64,000 nucleotides of DNA, from NCBI RefSeq assembly GCF_018977255.1, contig NW_024704856.1, positions 62,001-126,000 of the forward strand, in the 5' to 3' direction. A model generated the notes under the pieces. It was given only the letters and a program-made list of their open reading frames with translations, did no database searches and was not told where the DNA came from. Every line of letters begins with the position of its first letter. Within the stretch, counting starts at the first letter, position 1. This document shows positions 35,245 to 47,340 of the stretch, in pieces. A program made the translations under genes and the position numbers. This DNA comes from Callorhinchus milii. Lineage: Eukaryota.

Positions 35245-37180
35245 ATGGCTTCCAGTCTCCCGGCTGAGATCTGGACCGAGGAGATCATTTGCCCGATTTG
35301 TCTGGATTTCTTCACGGATCCTGTTAGCCTGGGGTGTGGCCACAACTTCTGTCGCTCCTGTGTCACCCGGAGCTGGGAAAAGCAGGAGGAAAACTACTGT
35401 ACTGTTTGTCAGGAGATCTTTCCAGAAAAGAACCTGAGAGCCAGTTGGGCCTTGGCGAGTCTAGCAGAGAAAGCACGAAATTTGATCCTGACCCCGACAC
35501 AGACGGAAAATAAACTTCACTGTGAGAAACACCGGGAGGAACTGAAGCTGTTCTGTGAATCTGACAATAAATTTCTGTGTGTAGTTTGCAGTCATGAGCA
35601 GGAACACAGAGGCCACAGCTTCCTACCCATTGAAGAAGCTGTTGAAATTTTTAAGGTAAGAATACTCCTCAAGAAGGATGATACCTGATCCAACTGATAT
35701 TTTCACCTTCAAACAGGTTAATTCTGTGTATTTATTCCAGGATAAACTGATATCCTCCTTAGCTTCTCTCACACAGAGGAAGGAAACTAGTTTACAAGCA
35801 GAAGCCAAACAGAAAGAAAAGATTTCACAACTGAAGGTGAGATTTCACAAAATATATCTCAGTGTCTCAATTTACTGTGTGTACACGTTGTGATGTCTCA
35901 GTGTTTCCAATTACTGTGTGTACACATTGTGACGACTCAGTGTCTATGGTTACTGTTTGTACATAACGTCATGTCTCAGAGTCTCTGGTTACTGTGTGTA
36001 CACAATGTGATGTCTCAGTGTCCCTGGTTACTGTGTGTACACGGTGTGATGTCTCAGTGTCTCTGGTTGCTGTGTGTACACGGTGTGATGTCTCAGTGTC
36101 TCTGGTTACTGTGTACACGGTGTATGTCTCAGCTCTGGTTACTGTGTGGACACGGTGTGATGTCTCAGTGTCTCTGGTTACTGTGTGTACACGGTGTGAT
36201 GTCTCAGTGTCTCTGGTTACTGTGTGTAACGGTGTGATATCTCAGTGTCTCTGGTTACTGTGTGTGCACGGTGTGATGTCTCAGTGTCTCTGGTCACTGT
36301 GTGTACACGGTGTGATGTCTCAGTGTCTCTGGTTACTGTGTGTACACGGTGTGATGTCTCGGTATCTCTGGTCAATGTGTGTATACGGTGTGATATCTCA
36401 GTGTCTCTGGTTAATGTGTGTGCACGGTGTGATGTCTCGGTGTCTCTGGTCAATGTGTGTACACGGTGTGATGTCTCAGGGTCTCTGGTTACTGTGTGTA
36501 ATGTATGTTTGAATGTGTGACATTTGCAGGAACAGGTGAACAGTCTGCAGAACCACGTCACGGGTGAGTTTGCTAAATTGCACCAGAGTCTGACTGACAG
36601 AGAGCAGCGAGTGATGCGAGATCTCAGACAACGAGAGGAGGAGATTTTAAAGCGAATGGAGGCAAATCTGAGAGATTCAGTGCAAATTAAATTCTGTTGA
36701 ACAACAACTCTCCGAGTTACAGACACAGATGGGAAAAGACGCTCCCACCTTCCTGCAGGTAAAGAGATGACAATATAATGACGCTCAGTCACAGTTACAC
36801 AAAATTCTGGAGCAAACAATCTAATTGTGATTGATAAAGAGTTTAGAGATTGAATTGGGACTTGAGAGACGCAGTCCACATGTAACTTTTTGTTGTCGGT
36901 GTTGACTCAGTGCGAGCGAAGATCTGTCTTGTTTGATTACATTAGGAGGAAGCTGCTGGCAACAGAAGGTATGAAATGATCTTTACCAAATATCCCAGAA
37001 TTGAACCGACAAACCAACCACAAGGTGCAGTTTCACTATATAATGTGATCGTGTCATATTTCAGGGTCAGTGACGAGGGATTTGATCTGTCAGTGTGTGA
37101 GGCTGAGCTGCCTGTGGCCAAGTACAAATGGCCTTTGAAGAACACAGTCTGGAGACAGATTATAGACAACATCAGCCCAG
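35245..37180 (+). pseudogene. TRIM-C: frameshifted TRIM (would give a 225-aa RING-B-box-partial CC protein); SPRY exon not seen (gap)
   Basis: Exons 35245-35655 (411), 35741-35836 (96), 36530-36758 (229, 2-nt deletion aatctg--agagatt, TGA at 36698-36700), 36946-36968 (23), 37065-37180 (116). Confidence 0.8.
35875..36500. repeat. 39-bp minisatellite, TRIM-C intron 2 (about 16 copies)
   Basis: gtacacggtgtgatgtctcagtgtctctggttactgtgt unit. Confidence 0.92.
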
Positions 37181-37239
37181 GTACATATCTCCCATTCTCA
37201 CCTTGAAGTCGTGTCAATAGATTTGCATTCATCTCGATC

Positions 37240-39308
37240 TCAACGCATACACTCCACACACTTCCTCACACGTACACATATCGAGTCATCCCTCACATAA
37301 GCATATCAACGCAACACCCTCATACACACACACACACCTCACACTACTAATCACGAATATAACTCACACAGACACCTCACACTCACATCACACACAAACC
37401 ATACACAAAACCGTCAACCGCAATTCACACAAATCCCTCAAACACACACCTCTCACATACACACGGCTTACCATACACAGCTCTCTCTCACACCTCTTAC
37501 AAACACCCCATCATACACACCTCACCCACAAACGCAACTCACACACACACATCTCACATATATTTATGACACATTTAACCCTCAAACACGCATCACTCGC
37601 ACATTCACACCCTCTCAGACACACGCTTGCGCATACCTTCACACACACTCCCACACACACTCTCAAACAACCCCTCACAAAGCCCCTCACACAGACCCTC
37701 ATACAGACACTCACATACAAGCTCCCACACTTCCTCACGCACACCTTCACACACACACCCTCAAACACAACCTCGCACACTCCTTCATACACATAACCTG
37801 TATGTGGAGTCCTGGAGCTCAGTGGTTAGAGCACTCGCCTTGCATGCGAGACACCTCGGTTCAATGCCAGGCAGGATGAATCCTTGGGCAAGTTTCCTTA
37901 CTCCACACGCCTGAAAATGATCCCTCCAATAAACAAAACCAATATTAAATCGTTCATTTTGAATTCACGGCTGTTTGTAGGGACGCTGCTGTGCGCAATT
38001 CGCTGCCGCGTTTTATCCACAAATGTTCGGTCAATTCACCTCACATTATATTCTGTGAAACGCTTTGAAAAGTCGAGAAACACTGAAAATCACTATGTGA
38101 AATGCAAGGATTATTATTATTATTAATATTATTACCCTGTCATACACACACACCCTCACACACCCACTCATGACTCTCACAACCTTTCCCCTTCACACAG
38201 ACCCTCGTACAGACCCTCACCTGCACGCTCACACAAACACTCACCTATCCCCTCACACAAAAACGCTTACAAACACTCTCACAAACAGACACCTCCCGGT
38301 CACACACAAACCCTCACACACACCCTCACACCAACAAGTCACACGCATCGTCAAAGACACCCTCACACACATCAGCACACCAGCTCTCTCACAACCACTC
38401 ACACAAACACTTACCCACACCACTCACATGCACCATCACAAATATTACACACACCCTTCGCACACACCCATCACACACAAACGTCAAATATCCCCTCACA
38501 CACATCATCACACATTCCCTCACGCGCACCACTCAAACGCACACACACACGCACCCCTCACACATATCCTCACACGTAAACTCACACATCCTCACATAAC
38601 CCCTCTATCATTCCCTCAAGCACACACACAATCCTCTCATAAAGCCCCCCCACACACACACTCACACACCCTCACATAAACCTTCACACATCCCCTCTCA
38701 CAACCCCTCACACACAACTTCACACACACATACACTCTCACACACCTTCAGAGGTGTGTACCCCTCAAACGCATCCTCACACACACCGTCCCACGCACTC
38801 GCTCGCAGCTCTCACGCAAACGCCTCACATACATCCTGACGCACACCCTCACTCAAACCCTCACACGAACGCCTCAAACACCCACTCACAGACACACCTC
38901 ACACACATTCTCACACACAGCTTGACACACAACCTCATACAATCCTTCTCACACCACCTCAAACACTCACGCGCACATACGCACTCAGGAACCTCCTCAC
39001 ACAAACCATCACAAAAACCCTCCCACACGCCATCACATAACCATTCGGACACACACCCTCACACACATCCGCACAAAGATCCTCACAAACCACTCTCACA
39101 CGCCTACACACACAACCTCACAAACATTAAAACACACCCTCACACAAACCCCTCACAACAACCACTCACAAACCCTCAATAACCCCTTTACACACACACT
39201 CACACACACTCACATAAACACTCACACACACACCGCTCACACATCTACACACAGATCCTCACAAACCACTCTCACACGCCCACACACACAACCTCACAAA
39301 CACTCAAA
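37240..39308. repeat. CA-rich low-complexity tract (TRIM-C intron 5) with a plus-strand SINE at 37803-38125
   Basis: Reverse-complement homolog of TRIM-B intron 5. Confidence 0.85.
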
Positions 39309-39338
39309 NNNNNNNNNNNNNNNNNNNNNNNNNNNNNN
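39309..39338. other. Assembly gap (30 N)
   Basis: Run of n. Confidence 1.
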
Positions 39339-39416
39339 CAGAAGCTTTGTGAAGTGTGAGTAGGGTTTGGAAGCACGAGCTGCGTTGCTGTGTGGTCATT
39401 TCTCATCTGATCTCAC

Positions 39417-40007
39417 CTTCAGTTGTGAAATCTTTTCTTTCTGTTTGGCTTCTGCTTGTAAACAGTTTCCTTCCTCTGTGTGAGAGAAGCTAAGGAGGAT
39501 ATCAGTTTATCCTGGAATAAATACACAGAATTAACCTGTTTGAAGGTGAAAATATCAGTTGGATCAGGTATCATCCTTCTTGAGGAGTATTCCTACCTTA
39601 TAGATTTCAACAGCTTCTTCAATGGGTAGGAAGCTGTGGCCTCTGTGTTCCTGCTCATGACTGCAAACTACACACAGAAATTTATTGTCAGATTCACAGA
39701 ACAGCTTCAGTTCCTCCCGGTGTTTCTCACAGTGAAGTTTATTTTCCGTCTGTGTCGGGGTCAGGATCAAATTTCGTGCTTTCTCTGCTAGACTCGCCAA
39801 GGCCCAACTGGCTCTCAGGTTCTTTTCTGGAAAGATCTCCTGACAAACAGTACAGTAGTTTTCCTCCTGCTTTTCCCAGCTCCGGGTGACACAGGAGCGA
39901 CAAAAGTTGTGGCCACACCCCAGGCTAACAGGATCCGTGAAGAAATCCAGACCAATCGGGCAAATGATCTCCTCGGTCCAGATCTCAGCCTGGAGACCGG
40001 AAGCCAT
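39417..40007 (-). pseudogene. TRIM-D: 5' fragment pseudogene
   Basis: Exon 1 40007-39597 (411) with RING CPIG instead of CPIC; exon 2 39511-39417 is 95 nt (1-nt deletion); homology ends 7 nt into intron 2. Confidence 0.82.
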
Positions 40008-40019
40008 TTTGATCCTCAG

Positions 40020-40049
40020 CACTTCCTGACATAAACTGGTTTCGGTTTC
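40020..40049 (-). promoter_or_regulatory. ISRE plus ETS upstream of TRIM-D
   Basis: Minus strand GAAACCGAAACCagtttatgtCAGGAAGTG. Confidence 0.6.
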
Positions 40050-40749
40050 GGTGTGAGTGTGTAGGCGGCTCCCAGTCACTGAGCTGACAAAACCGCTCCT
40101 ATAGTCTCTTGTGAAATCAATGGCTGTGACTTTGATCCCAAGAGAAGAAGAGAAAACCTTGTACAATGACAAAGACACCCGAGCAAGGAAGGAGATGTAC
40201 TATGAGGAGGGGTGGTGTGCATGTTGGGTGGGGCGGGAATGGGTGGGAGGATGAAAAATAGCGCCATCAAATGTGTTAATTTGAGGTTGTTTGTAAGATC
40301 TCGTATCTCTGAGATGGTTTTCTGGTGCGCGACATGTGCAATGGTTGAAATCTCGCACGGTGAGGCGGATATTGGGTTGGGTGGGGGGGTGATGTGAAGC
40401 TGCCGACCTTTTTTGAGTGAATTGTGTGTCCCAGTCAGTTGGATTGAAGGAGGTGGCGGAGGAAGGGCCGTGTAAGGCAATGAGGGCTTTTGAAATTGAA
40501 GGCACGGTGGACGACAAAGACCTTCAGACGGCACATGAAGGATGTGAGGCAGAGGGAAAGCGGGAAGAGTTCCAGTGTGTGGGGACACAGACGCTGAATG
40601 TCCGACCTCCAACGGTGGGGCGGGAATTACGGGTGACCTGAAGCAGGCCGGTGTCTGCCGAGCGGAGGGGAGCAGACAGTCTGATATGCGGTTATGAAGT
40701 TGGTGAAGTAGGGTGGAACAAGATCGTGGAGGTGTATTGAAGGAACAAC

Positions 40750-42590
40750 ACGCCTGATCTCTGTGTAACTGTGCTGGACTCCACATAATAGCCCTGAGCT
40801 CTTTATTAAAGCCTGGTCTCTATAAAAAAAACGCCACGTGTCTGTATAACAGGCTTGATGTCTGCATAACGGGCCTGATCTCTTTATAACAGTCTGGTCC
40901 CTGTATAACATTTCTTGTCTCTGTATAACAACCTATCATCTGTATAACTGCTATCGTCTCTTTATAGCATGTCAAGTCTCTGTACAAAACCACTGCACAG
41001 TGTATAACTGGCCTGATGTCTGCACAGCAGCACTAGTCTCCGTATAAAAGCTCTGTTCTCTGTATAATAGTCATGATCTCCGTGAAACAAGCCTAGTCTC
41101 TGCATAACAGGCCTGATCACTTTATAAAAGGCATCGTCTATGTGCAACTGTCCTGATCTCAATATAAATGTATAAAAGGCAGGTATATGTATATCGGCTT
41201 AGTCTTGTATAGTAGACCAGGTATCTGCATAACAGTCCTGGCCTATTTAAAGCTAGCGTGGGCTCTGTATAACTGATCTGGTTTCGAAAGAACAGCACCG
41301 GTCTCTGTATGACTGGTCTTTATAAAGCAGCTTGGTTTCTGAATAACAGTCCTTGTTTCTGTATGGCATAACTAGTCTATGTACAAGAGGCCTGATATCT
41401 GTGTAACAAGCCTTGTCTCTGTATTACTGCACTGTTCTCTGCATAAAAGTCCTGGTCTACGTGTAACAGCCTGATCTCTGTATAACAAGACTCATATCTA
41501 TAAAGCTCCCTGGTATTTGTTTGGAAGGCCTTGTCTCTGTATTAAAAGGCCTGATTCCTGTAGAACTTGCATAGTCTTTGTATAACAGTTCTCGTCTCTG
41601 TGTAAAGAGCAGCTCACTGTATAACTGGCCTGGACGCTGCATAACTGGTCTGTAATATGTATGGTCTCTATAACACGAGCCTATGCCTATATAAAAGCTG
41701 GTTTGTGTATAACTGACCTGGCCTCTGTAATATCTCCGTATAAGTGGCCTGATATCTATGTAAAAGCCTGGTCTCTGTATAACCCCTTGAAATTGTATGA
41801 CAGATTTGTCTCTGTGTAATCGGTCTTGTCTGTGTACAAAATTCAAATTCTCTATGTTATAGCCTGGTCTCTGTATAACAGAGGTCGAGTTATACAGGTC
41901 TAGATACTGTAAAGCAGCCTCGTCTCTGCATAGCAGCATGGTCTCTGTATAACAGGCCTGGTCTCTCTATAACAGGCCTGGTCTATGTATAACAGGCTTG
42001 GTCTCTGTATAACAAGCCTGGCCTCTGTATAATAGGCCTGATCTTTGTATAACAGGCCTGGCCTTAGTATAACAGGCCTGTCCTCTTTATAACAAGTCTG
42101 ATCTGTGTATGAAAGCTCTGGTATCTGTATAACTGCTCTAGTCTATGTACATCAGGCTTGTCTGCGCATAGGAGGCCACGAGGCCAATAAGCTGTACAAC
42201 AGCTTGGATTCTTTGTAACAACCTTTTCTCTATGAAACAGTCTGGTCTATTTATAACAGGCCTGGTGTCTGTATTACCGTCTAGCTCTGTATACAATGCC
42301 AGGTGTCTCCATTACTTGCCTGGTCATGCAACACTGGCCTGATACCTGTGGAACAGCACTGGTCTGTTTTAAAAATCTATGGACTCGCTCTAACAAGCTG
42401 CTCTCTTTATAACTGGCTGGTCTCTGTAAAGCAAACCTGGTCTGTGTATAACTGCCTGGTCTCTCAATAAGAGTCTGTTCTATGTATAAAATGCCTGTTC
42501 TCTGGTTAACATGCCTGGTCTCCCTATAATAGGCCATATCTTTATATAACGGGCCTGGTCTCTTTTTTACAGTCGGCTCTATATATATCA
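40750..42590. repeat. Degenerate ~20-bp satellite upstream of TRIM-D
   Basis: Cleanest run ctggtctctgtataacaggc at about 41940-42100. Confidence 0.88.
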
Positions 42591-43692
42591 AACTTGTGTA
42601 CTAGTCTTTGTTTATCCGTAAAAGGCTTGGACTCTATATTTGATGGGTTGGTGAGTATGTCAGAGACCCGGGTGGTCACGGTGACGGGATTATGTGTGTG
42701 TATTTGTGTGTGTCAGACAAATGGGAGCGGTGGCGGTTTTGTTGGGGGGTTGGGAGTGAGCGCTAAAGTTGTAAATGTTCCTCGAGCTGGCAGGCAGCTT
42801 ACACAGTGTGCACACTACCCTCCCACCACACACACACACACAGACACCTGCACTCCCTACACACACCCAAACACAAACACACTGCCCTTCCTGTACACAC
42901 ACACTGCTCTCCCAACGCACACACACTGCATTCCCTACACACACACACACACAGGCATATGCAATCCCTACACACACACAAACACAAACACTCTGCCCTT
43001 CCTGTACATACACTGCCCTCCTTACACACACACACCCATACAGCCCGGGACAGGCAGAGCACACAGAGTGGCCACTACTCTCACTGCTGCATAGTTGGCC
43101 TCAGTGAGATGTCTGAGGGTTTTCAGTCAACAATTCAAGCCGCGGCTTTTGGTTCTGACTCTGACCCGCTATTAGTACAGAAAGACTGGAAACCAGGCGC
43201 TGGGGTAACGAACCACAGGGGATGTGCAGAGCGGAACCCGCGGCGTTTTGTTCATCTCTACTGCTGACAGTCACAGCACGAGAGCAAAGGGCAAAACCAA
43301 CATGGAAATCAAACATAAATATACTATCAACAAACAGCATCAGCTCAAATTGGGCCGTTTGTTTCACTGACAATCGGACGGTTGAGAATGTAGACTTGAT
43401 GTCAATCCTGTTAGTTTGAACTGTGAAACCATGTTGTATTGAGTTCTCTTGTGTCCCAACTTGAAGGCGTTACCCACACAGCCCAGACCTGCAGTTTATA
43501 TCTTTACTAACGGAGAAACAGCCCCTTACAATGGCTGTCACAGGTACGGATACAACAAACCCGCAATAACATTGGACGTTCACTCCATGGCTGTCTGTGG
43601 GAAGTTACTGAGTAGAACTATGCTGCCACCTTCACTCACAAAATACACAGTCACTTTGCTTTGAAGTATATCCTGTGACATGACTTGTGACA

Positions 43693-44005
43693 TAATAATA
43701 ATAATCCTTGCATTTGATATAGCGCTTTTCACGTCTTCTCGACGTCTCAAATCGCTTCACAGAATAGACTGTAAAGCGAATTGACTGTATACTTTTGGTC
43801 GAAACGCGGCAGCCACTTGCACACATCAGCGTCCCTCAAACTGCCGTGGATTGAAGATGACCAATTTATTGTTGTTTCGTTTCGGATGGATTATTATTAG
43901 GCGCTTGGAGTAACTGAACTTACCCAAGCTTTCGCCCTGCCTGGAATTGAACCCAGGTGACTTGCTTGCAAGGCGAGTGCTCTAACCACTGAGCTACAGG
44001 ACAAC
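43693..44005 (-). mobile_element. Full-length SINE copy
   Basis: Reverse complement from tail to A box. Confidence 0.85.
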
Positions 44006-44389
44006 ACAGACAAGAAGCTACTTACTACCCTCCAACATTACCAGGATGCTTGAAATACCTCACATTGCGAACACTATGGTTCTGTCAGCTATTCTGGACT
44101 CACCCTATATCTCCATTCCGCAGTTGTTTTGTCTGACACCCTGGTTTAACTTATCCAAGTCTGTCCCAAAAACTATATCTTTCCCCTCGCCAGGGATCAT
44201 CTTTCCCCAAATCACCCCATTTAGTTCTGACCTCCCGGTTGATGAATACCGTGAGCATTTGGCCTCCGAAATTGCAACACGTATATTAATATAAATTCGT
44301 AATCAACTTGAAACAATTTTCTTTCAAGAAATTGCGATACTGTTGTATCGTACTGTGAAAAATTTAATTGATGTGGTGACCGTCAGCTT

Positions 44390-44772
44390 TTTTAAGACGT
44401 CCTGATACGTTCGTCTTGCTGCCTGAGCACCAGTGTGTCTCGGTGATGATCAAATGAAGAACTTCAGGGCTCATACCTGTCCCGTTGTGTGACAGTTCAG
44501 AAAAAGATTGAAGCTTGGATTGTGACTGAGAATTGGCGATGAATATGAAGCTCTGACCTCAACTGGTACCCGCCTGAGAGAGAAGCCCTGGTCCTGGGAG
44601 TCCACCTGGATATTGAAGGGGGACAGATGGCATTCTGCCGCACTGATAATATATCTCATCCTTAGGCTTTCAAGCACACTTCCACAGAGAAGTTTATCCT
44701 GAGTTCAGTCCCTGTTCAAATGATAGCGGGATTAACTCTGATCCGTGGCAAATGTTCCCGCTGACAGTTTAA
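44390..44772 (+). pseudogene. Decayed TRIM PRY/SPRY terminal exon
   Basis: With frameshifts it reads LRIGDEYEALTSTGTRLREKP..LGVHLDIEGGQMAF..DNISHP*AFKHTSTEK..YPEFSPCSNDSGINSDP..LTV*, colinear with the TRIM-A C-terminus. Confidence 0.8.
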
Positions 44773-45033
44773 TCAGAAGGAACCATTAGATATTAACGGC
44801 GTTTCACTTTATTTCACATCTGTCTGCGATACGATCATCAGATCATAAGAAAATAGGAGGAGTTTCCTGAGCCAAAGCTGACGGAAATCCATCTCGTTTG
44901 CCTTCCAACCTTCTTGCAGTCGCTTGGCATGACTTTTACCAAACTTTATCATGTATCTGTTCAATGTGTGTTTCTGGCTGTTCGCGTGTATGTAACTTGG
45001 ACAACCCGTGGCATGGACGGCGCTATACAATTT

Positions 45034-45725
45034 GTCATTCAGAACTCTGCAGCTCGTGTACTGTCCCGCACCATAATTCCGGACCACATCACTCCCACCC
45101 TCGCTCGCCTCCACTGGCTCCCCATCCCCCAGACGATTGATTTCAAGATCCTCAACCTCACCTACAAGGCCATTCACGGCCTTGCTCCCTCCTACCTCTC
45201 CAACCTACTATCCCCCTACCTACCTGCCCGTACCCTCCGTTCCTCCGGCTCCGGTCTGCTCTACGTCCCCCGCCCCAAAGCACTACCATCGGTGGTCGGG
45301 CCTTCAGCCTCTCAGCCCCCAGGCTCTGGAACTCTATCCCCCAGTGCCTTCGCCTTGCTTCCTCCCTTTCCTCCTTCATGGCCGGTCTCAAAACCTTTCT
45401 CTTTGACCATGCCTTCAGCTCCCCTCTCGACTCTCTTCCCCCTCCTCGCTCCCTCCCTTCCCTCCCCTCACCCTGACCATTTCCCCCCTCCTTGCTCCCT
45501 TCCTTCCCTCCTCTCACCCTGACCATTTCCCCCCTCCTCGCTCCCTCCCTTCCCTCCCCTCACCCTGACCATTTCCCCCCTCCTCGCTCCTTCCCCTCAC
45601 CCTGACCATTTCCCCCTGCTCGGGTCATGACCCAACTGTGCAGCGCCTTGGGACGTCCTCCTGACGTGAAAGGCGCTTTATAAATGGAATCTTGTTGTTG
45701 TTGTTGATGTTTTTCTTGTTGTTGT
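45034..45725 (+). mobile_element. L2 LINE 3' fragment with a tandem expansion (~45-bp unit) in its 3' UTR
   Basis: IQNSAARVL..DHITPTLARLHWLPI..DFKIL; caccctgaccatttcccc repeated 4 times; (TTG)n tail. Confidence 0.9.
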
Positions 45726-47340
45726 TTGCGACTGTGATTGTGTCTGTGTGTGTGTTCTGTGAGTATGTGTGTGTGTCTCTGTTTGCGTATGTGCCTGTGT
45801 GTTTCATTCCCTCCTTGCATATCTGTGTGTGTTTGTGAGTGTTTATCTATTGTTGTTTGTACTTCTGTGTATCTGTGCAGCTGTGTGTAGGAGTTGCTGT
45901 TTGCGCGTGTATTTGTGGGTAAGACTATATATATATATATACTTGTTTGACAATATTCTGTACAATGACGTGTGTCAAAAATAGATGTGAGTTTCTCCTG
46001 GTATCCTGGCTGACAGCACCATCAATACAAATTGGACGCTCCACTTCACTGCAATTTGACAGCCACAGCTACTTGCACAATGCACTGCCTCGATACTTGA
46101 CAAAATTGGTGTCCAAATGGCGGCACGCGGGCCGCATGTGTCCCGGTGGTGAATTTTTTTGGCGAGATACCATGTCTAACCGTTTACCTTCCGCTCCCTC
46201 CCTGTTGAACTTCCTCGTGTGGCAGCAGCAGGACCCGGCGGTTGGGAGGCTTCAGTGTGGAGAGCGGAATAATAGAGGCCATTGCTGCAGTGGGTCAGGA
46301 AGGCGAGCAAATCTCTAATCAATCACATACTTAGTGACCGCCAACTCCTCCATCAGCAGATAGTGATTGCCGCGCGGCTGATAACAGCAATACCGTACTC
46401 CAGCATTGCTGGGGTCAACATACTTATAGACTCAAATTGAACTGCCAATATTTAGAATAACAAGAGAATGCAATATGACACAGTTGCGGTGTTCAAATTA
46501 TGTGGTTTGTTTATTGCCTGATAAGGTAACTCAGCAAATAACGAAACACAGAACGGAAAACTGCACAATTTAGCTGCTAATACAAGTATTCTGCAGGACA
46601 AAATTCCAGCGTTTATTTGCCACATAATTTGCAAAATTTATTAGCCTCTGTCGTTGACTAAAAAATACCTATGTGAAGAGAACAGTTTATTTTCTTCCTT
46701 TCAACGTTACCCATAGAACGATACATGATTGAATTCTTATATTTTAGAAGCCACCTCGATCTTCTCCTCACCAAATAACCCAACTTAAACAACAGATAAA
46801 TGTCTTCTTCCACACTGATCCACATCTCTCGCCATCTCTCTCTCTCTGTTACATTTCTCACCTTCTTAACATATGACTTTGGTCATTAATTCAACTTACC
46901 TCATTAACACCTATTTGAATCTTCTTTTCATTTATGTTTTATTTATGTTTCAGCGCATGATTAGTTTATGCTTAATACAATTTTCTAGTTAAACTGCAAA
47001 CATTAATTGCTGCTTGTTGACTTTGGGTAAGCCTTGTTTCAAAGGAATCTGGAATAAAATAATAAAAATAATAATATCGAAGAATCTGGAAGAACGTTCG
47101 CAGAACAACAAGGATGCCTAAAAACCAGGGAGCCGCATTCATTCGTTAACTGGAATCTATTTGACAGCATATGCTGAGAAACACTTTCAGATGGCGTGGC
47201 AATGCTGTATATCGATTACAAGGATTATTTTATTGCAGCGCACAGATTGAAATCAAAGGCAGTCTATCGGTTGACTCATTAAATTATGATTATTCGTTGT
47301 CACCATTTCAAAAATTAGACCGTGTGGCACACATTTACGT

